Shown here piece by piece: positions 47,069-55,649 of a stretch of 64,000 bases of DNA. Source of the DNA: Octopus bimaculoides (taxonomy: Eukaryota); the NCBI RefSeq assembly GCF_001194135.2, contig NC_068981.1, positions 65,776,941 to 65,840,940 of the forward strand, read 5' to 3'. Numbering within the stretch: the stretch's first letter is position 1; the number at the start of each line of letters is the position of its first letter. Below the pieces are notes generated by a model. The model had not been told where the DNA came from. It did no database searches and saw only the letters and a program-made list of their open reading frames with translations. The position numbers and the translations under genes are program-made.

Positions 47069-50007
47069 TAAGAGGTAAACATCTACATCCTAAAATGATT
47101 GTAAACTACATCACATCCTATCAAATCCACTCTGTTGTGATGGGGAACTGATTCAATTAAGCAGAATGGCTCACACAATAAAATCTACAAATCCATTATA
47201 GTATTCCAACAACTTTCAGCAGTAAGCTGTACCTGAATGCATGAATATGCACATACATGACAACCCAATAAGGAAACCTCTATGAGGTCGCCTGACCAGT
47301 TCAAATAGCAGCCAAATCTTGCTCCTCTAGATTACCTTCTGAAGGCATATGACCTAGTGGTTAGGCTGTTCTAATGACAGCCAGATTATGGGTTTGATTC
47401 CCAAACTGGGCAGTGTATTGTGTTCTAGAGCACAACACTTCATTTCACATAACTCTAGCACTAAATGGAGACCAGTATATCAAAAATAGATCCAATGTTT
47501 TCTGTTTGAGGTAAAAGGAAACTAAAAGAAACTGAGGTAGGAGTTGCACTATGACCTTATAAAATCCTCACCAGCAACAACTACCCAAACAAACCCATGG
47601 GTTGAGGATTGTCGTTTGAGTGGTGCAAAAGTGTCACCTGCCAGAAGGGAATCACCAACAAATGGTGGATGCAGCAATGTGCTGTTATAGCACATGCCCC
47701 CATAGTACTACCATTTTATATCACATCCTACCATCTTAAATGAAGGACACACTGGATAGCAATCATAGGGACATCATCTCCCAAAATAAGACAGGTTTTT
47801 GGTCAGAATGTCTCTGATCATAAATTTGCTCTATTAGGGCTATCTTGGGGCTAAATAACAAGAAAAAGGATTACACAGTACTGACATAAAAATTCTTCAA
47901 CTTATCAACTAACAGTGAGATACTCTCACAACTTAGACATCTGTCACCTCTCTGATAAACATACAAAACGTTTGTAGTAAACTCACATTTTTCTGGATTT
48001 CAGCACCCTTAAAGTAAGAGCACATTGCATCCATATAATATCCAATCTTTTCCTGAAAGAGAAAAATTAAAGCAATTATTAAAGAATATTTATACATTAG
48101 CCAATCCAATGTATAACTTTATTTCAAAATCTTTTCTTTTGAATGTGTATGTGTGTGAGTATATTTGCATTCTAAAATAGGTGTGATTATTGTTATTTGC
48201 TATATGAATACTTGTATTCTATTAAAACAATTATAGTTGATACCTACTGTACTTCTAAAAGATCAACTCTAAAACAGCAGCAGAACATATCAGTCAGAAC
48301 GACTAAGGCAAGCACCATCATTGCGAGCCTTGCTTAGTTGGACAACAATGGCTTGAACAAGGCTTGAACTTATGACTATGAGGTTATAAGTCCAGCTACA
48401 TATTTAACTACATATCTAATGCTTCTGAGATTAAAATTAAAAAAAAAAAGAGACAATGAAGTAATTATTGTAGCAATTATAAAAAAAAATCATCAGCAAC
48501 CCAGTATTCAGTCTAACACCAATATTGAGTGGGTTCAGATCACAACTAACTTTTGATCAACGTTTCTCTGAGCAAGTATCGTTCTCAAAAATGAGGCCTT
48601 TCTTTGACTGCCTGTCTTCACTCATACACTGCAAATGATCAAGCCAGTGTAACTGACAACATTTGACAACCTACACAATATCTAAATAGACTAAGACAGT
48701 TTTATCTGTGTTTTTTTCCATTAATTTTTTTTAGTTGCATAGAGTAAAGCCATCTAATCATGGCATTTCCATTAGAGGTTTGTTACTACATGGCAATGAT
48801 AATGTGTTTACAACCCAGAGGGCTGAAGCTTGACTTTACAATTAGTAACATCAAATAGATGACAAATATGGGTTTTGCTTTGTGCCAATAGAACATCCTT
48901 TCATCTGTGATTAATAACATTCCCAGAATTACAGGAACCAAATCTCAATAGCTAAGTGAACTGAATAACAAACTGTCTTACCTAAGAAGCATGACAAAAA
49001 AGTTCTTTGTAGATGCAAACTCCCTTCATGATTTGGTAAGCCATGTCATAGTAGAAATGAAAGTATTACATATCTATTATCTAAGCATTATTTTGACTAG
49101 AGAAAAAATATATATCAACTTCTTGAAAGCTGAGAGACAACATGAAGTCTGGTGGGATCCAAGTTTAAAATATTGAGCAATCTAAATAACAAAGCATTTT
49201 ACCATTTTTGTCATCTTACTGCACTATACAATGAATATATTAATAACAATTAATAATGTTAAATATAACGACAGACTTTTTTTTAGCAGGAATGGGAATG
49301 AGGTTTTTAATTCATACCATTTCAATCTTATTCTCCTTTAGTTTCTCAGCTCCAATAATGAAAGATTCACAAACGGAACAAGTTTCAGCCTGTTGACAGA
49401 AAAAAAAATGGAACTTAAGACATTTACCACAACAATTATTTAAATAACGATGCCCCACACCTATTTTTGTGCGGAGACTTATTCAGTGTTCACACTTCCT
49501 GTGTGTATTCTATGTACTGTTCCTGCAGTCTTGGTTATTTTTTCTGATGAGTTGTAGTGCATCTGAGCACTGTACACAATAAGATCATTATTTTTAAAAC
49601 TTTACATTGTACTTTACCAGTACTCCCTGATAGATAAGCACCACGGACTCGGCGATGCCGGTCGCATCACGGAATCGGCGACACCGGTCGCATCACGAAC
49701 TCAACAACACCAGTCACATCACAAACTCTGTGGTATTGATCACATTATGCAGAAAAATTTATTAATACTTCATTTACTATACTAATGTAACTTGTTACAA
49801 AAAAAAAAAATTATAATTTATAAATAAATGAAAATTCACCTACTTTCTCAGGAAACTTCAGTTTCCCCCAAACTGTAGCACAATGTTCGATGGCTCCACA
49901 TTCTTTAGCTTTAGCTACATGACTGCACCAGTAAGCTGGCCCCCATGTGCAATGGTTCTGGCCAACTAATGTATAAGGTCGTTTAACACTGCTGCCAAAA
50001 GCACACC
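2066..50007 (-). CDS. PSAP: Prosaposin-like gene (SapA + 7 SapB domains), 25 coding exons identified; start/signal-peptide exon not located
   Basis: Exons all have GT..AG flanks and matching phases, summing to 2402 nt (+1 nt from the missing upstream exon = 801 codons including stop). Translation gives the SapA motif [13 protein letters not shown] and seven C-x2-C..C..C..C-x5-C saposin-B patterns. Confidence 0.93.
3250..3615 (+). mobile_element. RTE-clade LINE reverse-transcriptase fragment
   Basis: [32 protein letters not shown], typical of the non-LTR RT N-terminus. Confidence 0.88.
4032..4524 (+). mobile_element. mariner-like transposon 5' fragment
   Basis: TA-flanked TIR-like tcaggtcatcttataagttctgtc; [40 protein letters not shown] with the diagnostic WVPHEL motif; truncated before the catalytic domain. 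Confidence 0.88.
4525..4965 (+). mobile_element. RTE-like LINE 3' fragment
   Basis: Decayed purine-rich LINE tail ending ..ccatgcatgcatggaaaaa..taaa..; abuts the mariner fragment. Confidence 0.55.
4990..5067 (-). CDS. PSAP: Prosaposin-like exon, SapB7 part 3
   Basis: [26 protein letters not shown]; ttttgtag / gtaagt; 78 nt. Confidence 0.92.
5503..5727. other. Assembly gap (others: 29752-29854, 33247-33362, 42926-43062, 51329-51611)
   Basis: Runs of N. Confidence 1.
5728..6922 (+). mobile_element. Tc1-like DNA transposon, decayed; left TIR probably in the gap
   Basis: Transposase relic 5870-6871 with HTH (SRSTVSKVM), [44 protein letters not shown] motifs; right TIR-like gtgtttccattattttgtccaactcc followed by TA. 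Confidence 0.92.
7427..7563 (-). CDS. PSAP: Prosaposin-like exon, SapB7 first half
   Basis: (S)[45 protein letters not shown]; tgaatag / gtaagg; phase 1 to 0. Confidence 0.93.
7732..8098 (+). mobile_element. RTE-tail SINE/LINE 3' end repeat (family A)
   Basis: ..ggaagggcatccagctgtagaaactgccaaatcagattggagcctgg..ccaacccatgctagcatggaaagcggatgttaaatgatgatgatg; copies at 2888-3035, 12290-12560, 17490-17830, 46560-46660 (-) and 8880-8990, 10725-10905, 30816-30973, 33087-33594, 36640-36910, 46785-46875, 50080-50272, 58060-58260 (+). Confidence 0.85.
9590..10545 (+). mobile_element. RTE-clade LINE 5' region with apurinic endonuclease fragment
   Basis: VDVCCMQE-like motif; [32 protein letters not shown]; [25 protein letters not shown]. 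Confidence 0.85.
11161..11311 (-). CDS. PSAP: Prosaposin-like exon, two-cysteine linker / half saposin domain
   Basis: [50 protein letters not shown](T..); tttcag / gtaagt; phase 0 to 1, needed to reach the phase-1 exon at 7563. Confidence 0.88.
11441..11494 (-). CDS. PSAP: Prosaposin-like exon, SapB6 end
   Basis: [18 protein letters not shown]; ttttcttcag / gtaagt; 54 nt. Confidence 0.92.
13120..13179 (-). CDS. PSAP: Prosaposin-like exon, SapB6 part 3
   Basis: [20 protein letters not shown]; ttcttatag / gtaagt; 60 nt. Confidence 0.93.
14171..14334 (-). CDS. PSAP: Prosaposin-like exon, SapB6 first half
   Basis: (V)[54 protein letters not shown]; ttccaag / gtaagt; phase 1 to 0. Confidence 0.92.
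15804..15969 (-). CDS. PSAP: Prosaposin-like exon, SapB5 remainder
   Basis: [55 protein letters not shown](G..); tatttcag / gtaaaa; phase 0 to 1. Confidence 0.95.
16753..16983 (-). CDS. PSAP: Prosaposin-like exon, SapB4 end + linker + SapB5 start
   Basis: [77 protein letters not shown]; taattag / gtatgt; 231 nt. Confidence 0.94.
17079..17420 (+). mobile_element. SINE family B copy (opposite orientation)
   Basis: ataggtgccagtgtggctg..gcaccttgggc..aagccttgtgagtagatttggtagatggaaattgaaagaagcc..gttgaaacaaaag. Confidence 0.75.
18759..19390. mobile_element. mariner-like transposon fragment(s), rearranged
   Basis: + strand [27 protein letters not shown] (mariner N-terminus, ~18956-19040); - strand [15 protein letters not shown] linker motif (~19120-19175). 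Confidence 0.7.
19596..19655 (-). CDS. PSAP: Prosaposin-like exon, SapB4 part 3
   Basis: [20 protein letters not shown]; tttctctag / gtaagt; 60 nt. Confidence 0.93.
20670..20742 (-). other. tRNA-like SINE head / tRNA pseudogene
   Basis: rc ggacaataggcttaatggtaaagcgctcag..ggttcaactccc: A- and B-box-like motifs, but no intact cloverleaf. Confidence 0.5.
21318..21380 (-). CDS. PSAP: Prosaposin-like exon, SapB4 part 2
   Basis: [21 protein letters not shown]; ttattatag / gtaagt; 63 nt. Confidence 0.93.
22069..22148. repeat. Compound microsatellite (TAT)n(TAG)n(CAG)n
   Basis: Directly visible. Confidence 0.95.
23370..23453 (-). CDS. PSAP: Prosaposin-like exon, SapB4 part 1
   Basis: [28 protein letters not shown]; catttcag / gtaggt; 84 nt. 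Confidence 0.94.
24390..24491 (-). CDS. PSAP: Prosaposin-like exon, SapB3 end + linker
   Basis: [34 protein letters not shown]; tattttag / gtaagt; 102 nt. Confidence 0.93.
27668..27950 (+). mobile_element. Gypsy gag N-terminal fragment
   Basis: [46 protein letters not shown]; cut off by a SINE at ~27952. Confidence 0.75.
29274..30250 (+). mobile_element. Non-autonomous Helitron/Helentron-like element
   Basis: 5' actagcagaggcacccggcgttgctcggg (short palindrome), 3' agtatagat, CpG-rich interior with microsatellites; spans gap 29752-29854. Confidence 0.55.
30385..30444 (-). CDS. PSAP: Prosaposin-like exon, SapB3 part 3
   Basis: [20 protein letters not shown]; tatttcag / gtaagt; 60 nt. Confidence 0.94.
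31739..32040. mobile_element. hAT-type MITE
   Basis: TIRs cagtgattctcaac / gttgagaacccctg; perfect 8-bp TSD gtttaaac at 31731-31738 and 32041-32048. Confidence 0.9.
32390..32452 (-). CDS. PSAP: Prosaposin-like exon, SapB3 part 2
   Basis: [21 protein letters not shown]; tttaacag / gtaagt; 63 nt. Confidence 0.93.
32628..33040 (+). mobile_element. Two tandem SINE family D copies
   Basis: aaggtgacaagctggcagaa..ctgagttcaaattc..ttgcctttcatcc..gataaaataagtaccagttgaacactg repeated twice, each preceded by aatattgctacagaa; other copies ~27952-28075, 28150-28270, 39480-39700, 62680-62800. Confidence 0.8.
33087..33594 (+). mobile_element. Family A repeat copy spanning gap 33247-33362
   Basis: Colinear with 7732-8098; (GAT)n tail. 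Confidence 0.85.
33627..33964 (-). mobile_element. SINE family B copy
   Basis: Colinear with 39021-39414; internal (TG)n. Confidence 0.85.
34302..34370 (-). CDS. PSAP: Prosaposin-like exon, SapB3 part 1
   Basis: [23 protein letters not shown]; tttttcaag / gtaggt; 69 nt; contains NTT sequon. Confidence 0.93.
34467..34568 (-). CDS. PSAP: Prosaposin-like exon, SapB2 end + linker
   Basis: [34 protein letters not shown]; ttcaacag / gtaggc; 102 nt. Confidence 0.92.
37713..37772 (-). CDS. PSAP: Prosaposin-like exon, SapB2 part 3
   Basis: [20 protein letters not shown]; tttttcag / gtaagt; 60 nt. Confidence 0.93.
37969..38031 (-). CDS. PSAP: Prosaposin-like exon, SapB2 part 2
   Basis: [21 protein letters not shown]; ttcttgtag / gtaagt; 63 nt. 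Confidence 0.93.
38165..38390. repeat. Complex (TG/TGCA/TATG)n low-complexity tract
   Basis: Directly visible; source of several spurious His/Thr and Cys/Val ORFs. Confidence 0.95.
39021..39414 (-). mobile_element. tRNA-derived SINE family B, near full-length
   Basis: Minus-strand head ataggcgcaggagtggctgtgtggtaag..ggttctaggttcagtccc with A/B-box-like motifs; many CpGs retained (young copy). Other copies at 33627-33964, 31251-31578, 51995-52334, 18135-18240 (-) and 17079-17420, 35712-35880, 25073-25230, 58995-59110 (+). Confidence 0.85.
39728..39802 (-). CDS. PSAP: Prosaposin-like exon, SapB2 part 1
   Basis: [25 protein letters not shown]; cctacccag / gtaagt; 75 nt. Confidence 0.93.
40006..40391 (-). 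mobile_element. tRNA-derived SINE family C, near full-length
   Basis: Minus-strand head gtggaggcgcaatggcccagtggttagggcagcggactcg..gtttcaattccc (A/B boxes); partial copies at 10555-10679 and ~41390-41480. Confidence 0.85.
42309..42443 (-). CDS. PSAP: Prosaposin-like exon, SapB1 end + Ser/Thr-rich linker
   Basis: [45 protein letters not shown]; atttcag / gtaagt; 135 nt. Confidence 0.92.
43063..43235. mobile_element. MITE with 27-bp TIRs
   Basis: tataaataaaagttcctttaattcgta / tacgagttaaaggaacttttatttata (1 mismatch), TA-flanked. Confidence 0.8.
43700..43980 (-). mobile_element. Helitron (Pif1-like) helicase fragment
   Basis: [44 protein letters not shown] resembles the Helitron helicase VFP..WL..RAILAP.N motif. 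Confidence 0.7.
44804..44863 (-). CDS. PSAP: Prosaposin-like exon, SapB1 part 3
   Basis: [20 protein letters not shown]; cttatag / gtatgt; 60 nt. Confidence 0.92.
46982..47065. repeat. (TA)n microsatellite
   Basis: ~42 uninterrupted TA units. Confidence 0.97.
47987..48052 (-). CDS. PSAP: Prosaposin-like exon, SapB1 part 2
   Basis: [22 protein letters not shown]; tctttcag / gtgagt; 66 nt. Confidence 0.9.
49318..49389 (-). CDS. PSAP: Prosaposin-like exon, SapB1 part 1
   Basis: [24 protein letters not shown]; tcaacag / gtatga; 72 nt, phase 0-0. Confidence 0.9.
49642..49745. repeat. 26-bp minisatellite, 4 units
   Basis: cacggactcggcgatgccggtcgcat / cacggaatcggcgacaccggtcgcat / cacgaactcaacaacaccagtcacat / cacaaactctgtggtattgatcacat. 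Confidence 0.9.
49844..50007 (-). CDS. PSAP: Prosaposin-like exon: end of signal peptide + SapA domain
   Basis: (G)[54 protein letters not shown]; acceptor ttcttgtag, donor gtaggt; phase 1 to 0. Confidence 0.95.
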
Positions 50008-51228
50008 CTACAAGAAGAGAAGAAAGAAAATAAGCAATGAAATATCATTATAACCAGTTGAGATTCTGTCTTGCAAGTCACTTGATGACCCTGTCAGTGA
50101 TGATGCCTCGTAAAAGCACCCAACACACTCTGTAAAGTGGTCAGCATTAAGAAGAGTAAGGCAAGCCAAAACAGACTATGGAACCTGATGCGGCCTCTGA
50201 TCTTGTCAGTTACTGTCAAGCTGTTCAACTCATGCCAGCATGGAAAATAGACATTAAATGTTGGTGATGATGAATATAGGAGATATAACTAAACAGGTAA
50301 CTGACTGAGATTGCACAGATGACAAAATCACTGAGTTATGTATTTAACTGTGACTCCACTAATTAGGGTATCAAGTTCAAGTTTCATACTACACAGAGTC
50401 TCTAATGTAAACAATTATAGTCTGAATTAAATATTTTTTTGCAAATTCTTTTACACACTTCATTTCAAAGTGCTTTTGTTCAGCATGAGTTAATGCAATT
50501 CCAATGTGTGCTGAGCGTTATCTCTCTTGTATATCAACTACTACCTTTTTATTCTCAATGTTGTCATTTCACTGAAGCAGTTTGTTTTCTCTATTATGAA
50601 AGCTGAATAAGACAGCTGCACTGACGATATTTACACTGTACAAGAATCCAAGGATACTAAACTGAGAGATTTATAAGAATACATCAAGTCTAAGAAATTA
50701 AGAGAAATAATAAATTAAAAATCATTCAATGATGAATACTTATCTAAAAGCATCAATACAATAAAAAACTCTTCACATAATTCTTATGGTAAGGAATTTG
50801 TATGTATATAAGATTATACATCCAACAGTCATTCTAATACTAAATTTAAGTTTCAAAAAAACTGGTATTAAGTTAGAAATGGCCTTGAATAATACCTAAG
50901 TCTACCTCATCAGAGGGATATGACAACTAAAAAAATAGAGCAAAAGCAAGATTTCAATTTTCTATTTGACAAAAATAGAAAAAAAAGTTAAATTTTTTTT
51001 GCATACAAGTCTGTCAGAAGGTGAATTATTTACTCATTTATGCAACTAAAAATAACAATGAAACTGCTAATTTAATTCATATGCTAAAGGGGAGTAAAAT
51101 ATTTACCCCTTCTTCAACCCTACAAACATTCAAAATATGTTTGTGTGCTGAAATTTCAGTTTATGTGAAAAACTTTCAGCATAATCACATACATACATGT
51201 GTGTGTGTGTGTATACACACACACACAT

Positions 51229-51611
51229 TGATGGTGGTGATGGTGATGATGGTGGTGATGGTGATGATGGTGGTGATGGTGATGATGGTGGTGATGGTGA
51301 TGATGGTGATGGTGACGACGACGACGACNNNNNNNNNNNNNNNNNNNNNNNNNNNNNNNNNNNNNNNNNNNNNNNNNNNNNNNNNNNNNNNNNNNNNNNN
51401 NNNNNNNNNNNNNNNNNNNNNNNNNNNNNNNNNNNNNNNNNNNNNNNNNNNNNNNNNNNNNNNNNNNNNNNNNNNNNNNNNNNNNNNNNNNNNNNNNNNN
51501 NNNNNNNNNNNNNNNNNNNNNNNNNNNNNNNNNNNNNNNNNNNNNNNNNNNNNNNNNNNNNNNNNNNNNNNNNNNNNNNNNNNNNNNNNNNNNNNNNNNN
51601 NNNNNNNNNNN

Positions 51612-51658
<47 letters not shown>
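51229..51658. repeat. (GGT/GAT)n-(GAC)n, gap 51329-51611, then (TG)n
   Basis: Directly visible; assembly gap bounded by simple repeats. Confidence 0.95.
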
Positions 51659-51660
<2 letters not shown>

Positions 51661-52302
51661 TTTTATAAGTTTTGTGGTCAGAAGCACTAAACAATTTAAT
51701 AATATATCAAGAATTTGAGAAAATAACTCCCCCACCCCTCTGACAATTGTAATAACATAAGAGACAGATTGTCTATTGTATTTACTTTATATTGAAGGGG
51801 AAGGATAATTGACTGACAGTCACATGAGATTTTGTCATGTACTAAACAATGAAAAAGGACATAAGTATGGTGATTAATACTGAACAAAAAAACACAACAG
51901 ATATACATAGCAGCTGGTACGCATGTATACTCACACTATATTTCAGTAAAGAGGGTAACAAAAGTATAGGATACCAAAACAGGAGCCCATTCTCTTATTC
52001 TTTTACTTGTTTTAGTCATTTGACTGCAGCCATGCTGGAGCACTGCCTAAAAGAGTTTTTTTAGAAGAAATTGATCCCAGCATTTATTCTTTCTAAGTCT
52101 AGTACTTATTCTATTGGTCTCTTTTGTTGAATCATTAAGTTACAGAGACATACATACATACACCAACACTGGTTGTGAAGTGATGGACACACACACATAA
52201 CAGGCTTCTTTCAGTTTCCGTCTACCAAATCCACTCACAAAGCTTTGATTGATCCAAGGCTACAGCAGACACTTGCCTAAGGAGCCACAGAGTGGGACCA
52301 AA

Positions 52303-52413
52303 CCCTGAACCATGTAGTTGGAAGCAAGCTTCTTATTTCTTTATTTTCCTATGTTTAGCCCCTTGTGGGAAATAAAGAAATAAGAAGCTTGCTTCCAACT
52401 ACATGGTTCAGGG
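52303..52413. repeat. Perfect 44-bp inverted repeat with 23-nt loop
   Basis: 52303-52346 is the exact reverse complement of 52370-52413. Confidence 0.92.
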
Positions 52414-52612
52414 CATAGAGGGGACAAACAAGGACAGACAAAGGGATTAAGTCGATTACATCGACCCCAGTGCATAACTGGTGCTTAATTTATCGACCCC
52501 AAAAGGATGAAAGGCAAAGTCGACCTCGGCGGAATTTGAACTCAGAACGTAGCAGCAGACGAAATACCGGTAAGCATTTCGCCCGGCATGCTAACGTTTC
52601 TGCCAGCTCGCC
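52414..52612 (-). mobile_element. SINE family D inserted into a family B SINE
   Basis: Head ggcgagctggcagaaacgttagc..gttcaaattccgccgaggtcgactttgcctttcatcc; 14-bp TSD gaagcaagcttctt at 52321-52334 and 52639-52652. Confidence 0.85.
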
Positions 52613-54608
52613 AAAACGGCATGCTAACGTTTCTGCCAGAAGCAAGCTTCTTACCAAACAGCCATCCACATTAAAACCTAGCAAAAACTTTTCTTTTAAT
52701 CATCAAGCACTACGTAAGACAAAATGTCATGTGGCTTTTTTTTTTTATGTGCAATAACAGTCAAGAACTGAGTAAACGAGTGTTTTATAATGGCAGAGTT
52801 CACAAATTTAAACATTTGGTACAGGATAGCTTTTAACGAGCTTTTATCTATACAATTTTTTTCATTTCATGTTTATCTCATTATTTGCAATGTTCTCTCC
52901 CTCTCCCACACACTGTCTGTAATATAAACACACACACACACACACACACATACTCCAGGTTTGATTTCGTTATTACACAAACATCACATTAGAATTTTGC
53001 AATCCAATGTAGAAATATAAAAATTATTAGAATTGGGAATCAAATGTGAAAATATCAATTGACCAGCAGAAAACTGCCCAGAGGGGAGCCTTTCTGCTAG
53101 TTTATCTAATAATTTAAAATTCAATGTAAAAAAAAAAAAAAAAACACCTTGACCAAAAGATTTTAAAATTCAATTATCAAAAATTGAATTTCTATAATGA
53201 CTACAAGCAACTTCTATTTATCAAATGGTGATAATATAAACTTTAGATAAACTAACAAAAAGAAACAAAATTCAAAAACAAAGCAAGAAACATTCAATTT
53301 TAAAAGGAAATTGGAAGAAGATTAAAGCTAATCAGTTTACAAAGGAATCAAATCTCACCTTCCTTATCACATAAAGGATAGGTTTAACAGAACAAATTAA
53401 TCTTATTAACTGACTGAAAAGAAAAAGAAATATAAAAATGTCAGATGGCCAAAACATTCATCTTGTGACTAAAAATTGTCATTTGTGAAACCATCTGCCT
53501 TAAGCAGGTGCAAAATTCACATTTGCATTGTATGCAAATGCACATAACTGAAGCAATTACAATTCCTTGGCAGACAAACGCTATTTAATATTGTACAAAA
53601 AAGAACATGAATTTTTTTAAAAACAAAGTGTTATTGCTTTACTTCTGGATAAAGAGTGACATGTAAGCAGGTGCTTTGTCATGGTACAGCATTCAGTTTT
53701 TTCTGTCCATACCTCAGGCCAACCAAGTAAAGCTCTTTACTGATAGTTTGACTATGTGGAACAGTTTCATGATAAATGATGTTCTTTCAGTAAAAAAGAA
53801 AGCAAAAATGTTCATTGACAATACCTTCACACTTAAGTAGCTTTTATATTTTTAGATGCAGTGATGACAATCCAGCCCATTACGGTGACCACTTTTTTTT
53901 TTTTTGTATTGATATCATAGCTTTATTGTTAGAATATTGTGATAACTCTGCAATGGACTGACGTCCCGGCCAGCTGGGGGGAACATATATGCCATAGAAA
54001 CTGGGAAACCGGGCCCATGAGCCTGGCTAGGCTTGAAAAGGGCGCATAAATAAATAAATTGCGATAACTATTTTTCAAACTGATTGTGCCTCAATTCTAT
54101 TTTTACAAGATTATGCTTCTTGAATTTTTCTTTTAAAATCCTGAGGTACAAACATTTTACTAATGCTCTTCTATTTTGAGCATTTCGTGAACAGTAAAGT
54201 AATGATTTTCACAGATCACTGCACATATCTTTACAATGTGATCATTTTAGGTAGATGTCTTTTCCAATTTCAAATGCTGGAAATACTCAGGACACTGAGC
54301 ACAGCTAAAAACAAAACTTTTCTTAATTTGAAACAAAATTTCAAACACTCATTTTCATCTTATAAACCAGAAAACAACGTCTGGAAGATGTATAAGCCAG
54401 AAAGCAAGGTCTGGAAGATGCACAATATGACAACACACCTTTGATGCAAGTCTGATGAAGTGTTTTTCTGTCTAAAGCTGCAAACATTACGTAGATTCTC
54501 ATTTGGAATTTTTGCGTAAAGTGGCATTGCAAATACAGTTGGTGCAGAAACAATTGTAATGAATCATTAAAGATGTATTACAGAATTTTCTTTGTCATCT
54601 TTTCATTC

Positions 54609-54883
54609 TGTGGTGTTATGAGCCAGGCTGTGTCGTAGGGAAGGACCGGAAGTACGCATGTCCTGTCAGAAGTGGGGTCTGTGGGTCCCACTAGGGGGGC
54701 CACAGTGGGCATGCAGGATTGACAAGGTGCAAGCGGTAAGTTGGCAGTGGACAGCATACGAGAGCAGACCTGTTAGACGTTACAGCGGCAGACAGAGCAC
54801 ATGGAAGTAGTGAGTGACCCTTCCAGATAGGCAGGTAAGGCTAATGTTATTCTCTCTCTGCTTCCATCTTTTCCTCCTTCACA
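54609..54883 (+). repeat. 5' LTR
   Basis: tgtggtgttatgagccag ... ttttcctccttcaca; alignable along its length to 57565-57902. Confidence 0.93.
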
Positions 54884-54949
54884 TCACAAGCTATTTCAGC
54901 TAGAAAAAAAAAATGATGGGTATGGTCTGCATTTTGAACGAGATGGTTA

Positions 54950-55600
54950 GACCATTTTGCAGTGAGGAAGACATTGCTGCTTGGTTGAAGAAAAATTAAG
55001 TTGGTGGCAAGACTCCATGGTATAGATGACCTCATGAGTTTCATACCATTGTACCTTGATGGATCAGCGTTGGCATTATACTTGGAAATGGCAGAGAAGG
55101 ACCAGTTAAGCGCAGAAAAAAACAGAAGTCCAGCTAATGGAGGCTTTTATGGAAGGGCTATTCATGGCATATGGTCGGCTAGGGAAAGCGAAGTGGACGG
55201 GTGAACAGGTCGATGTGCTTGCCAACGAAATCAGGTGACTGGCCAAACTAGCAGAGTACAAAGACAAGGCACTGGAACAAACAGAAAAAATAGCATTTGT
55301 GACAGGATATCCTGACCACATGTTGGTCGAACTGCAAAAGCTGCCAAATATTCACTCCATGGCGATGGGAGAGGTAATATCTCAGGCCAGAGTCCTCGCC
55401 TCGTGTTGCAGGAAGACACCACTAGCAGCAATGAGAAGTGGTCAAACAAGGAACATGTGCGACCCTTCGAAGGGCAGTGTTTTCGGTGTCAGGGTTCACA
55501 CATGGTGAGAGACTGCAAGGAACCCAAGCCTGGAGTAATTTGTTATCGATGCAGACAAACAGGCCACATCTCTAGTGAATGCATTCAGAGGAAACAGTCT
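54950..55600 (+). pseudogene. gag remnant with two zinc knuckles
   Basis: WLKKIKLVARLHGIDDLMSFIPLYLDGSALALYLEM; CFRCQGSHMVRDC and CYRCRQTGHISSEC (55478-55582); frameshifts and stops. Confidence 0.85.
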
Positions 55601-55649
55601 AAGGGAGACTACTGCGCTGGTAGTTGTCCTATCAAAAGAAGAGAGGTGT

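Noticed and set aside
49642-49745. CRISPR-like appearance of the short repeats
   Set aside because: Units are contiguous with no spacers, in a eukaryotic intron
53359-53783. Exon-like segments with good splice signals (53359-53413; 53713-53783)
   Set aside because: In the phase needed to join 50007 both contain stops; they could only be UTR exons, and nothing supports that
54361-54420. Short two-copy tandem duplications (30 bp here; 21 bp at ~58818-58860; 23 bp at ~59945-59992)
   Set aside because: Ordinary slippage duplications with no further structure
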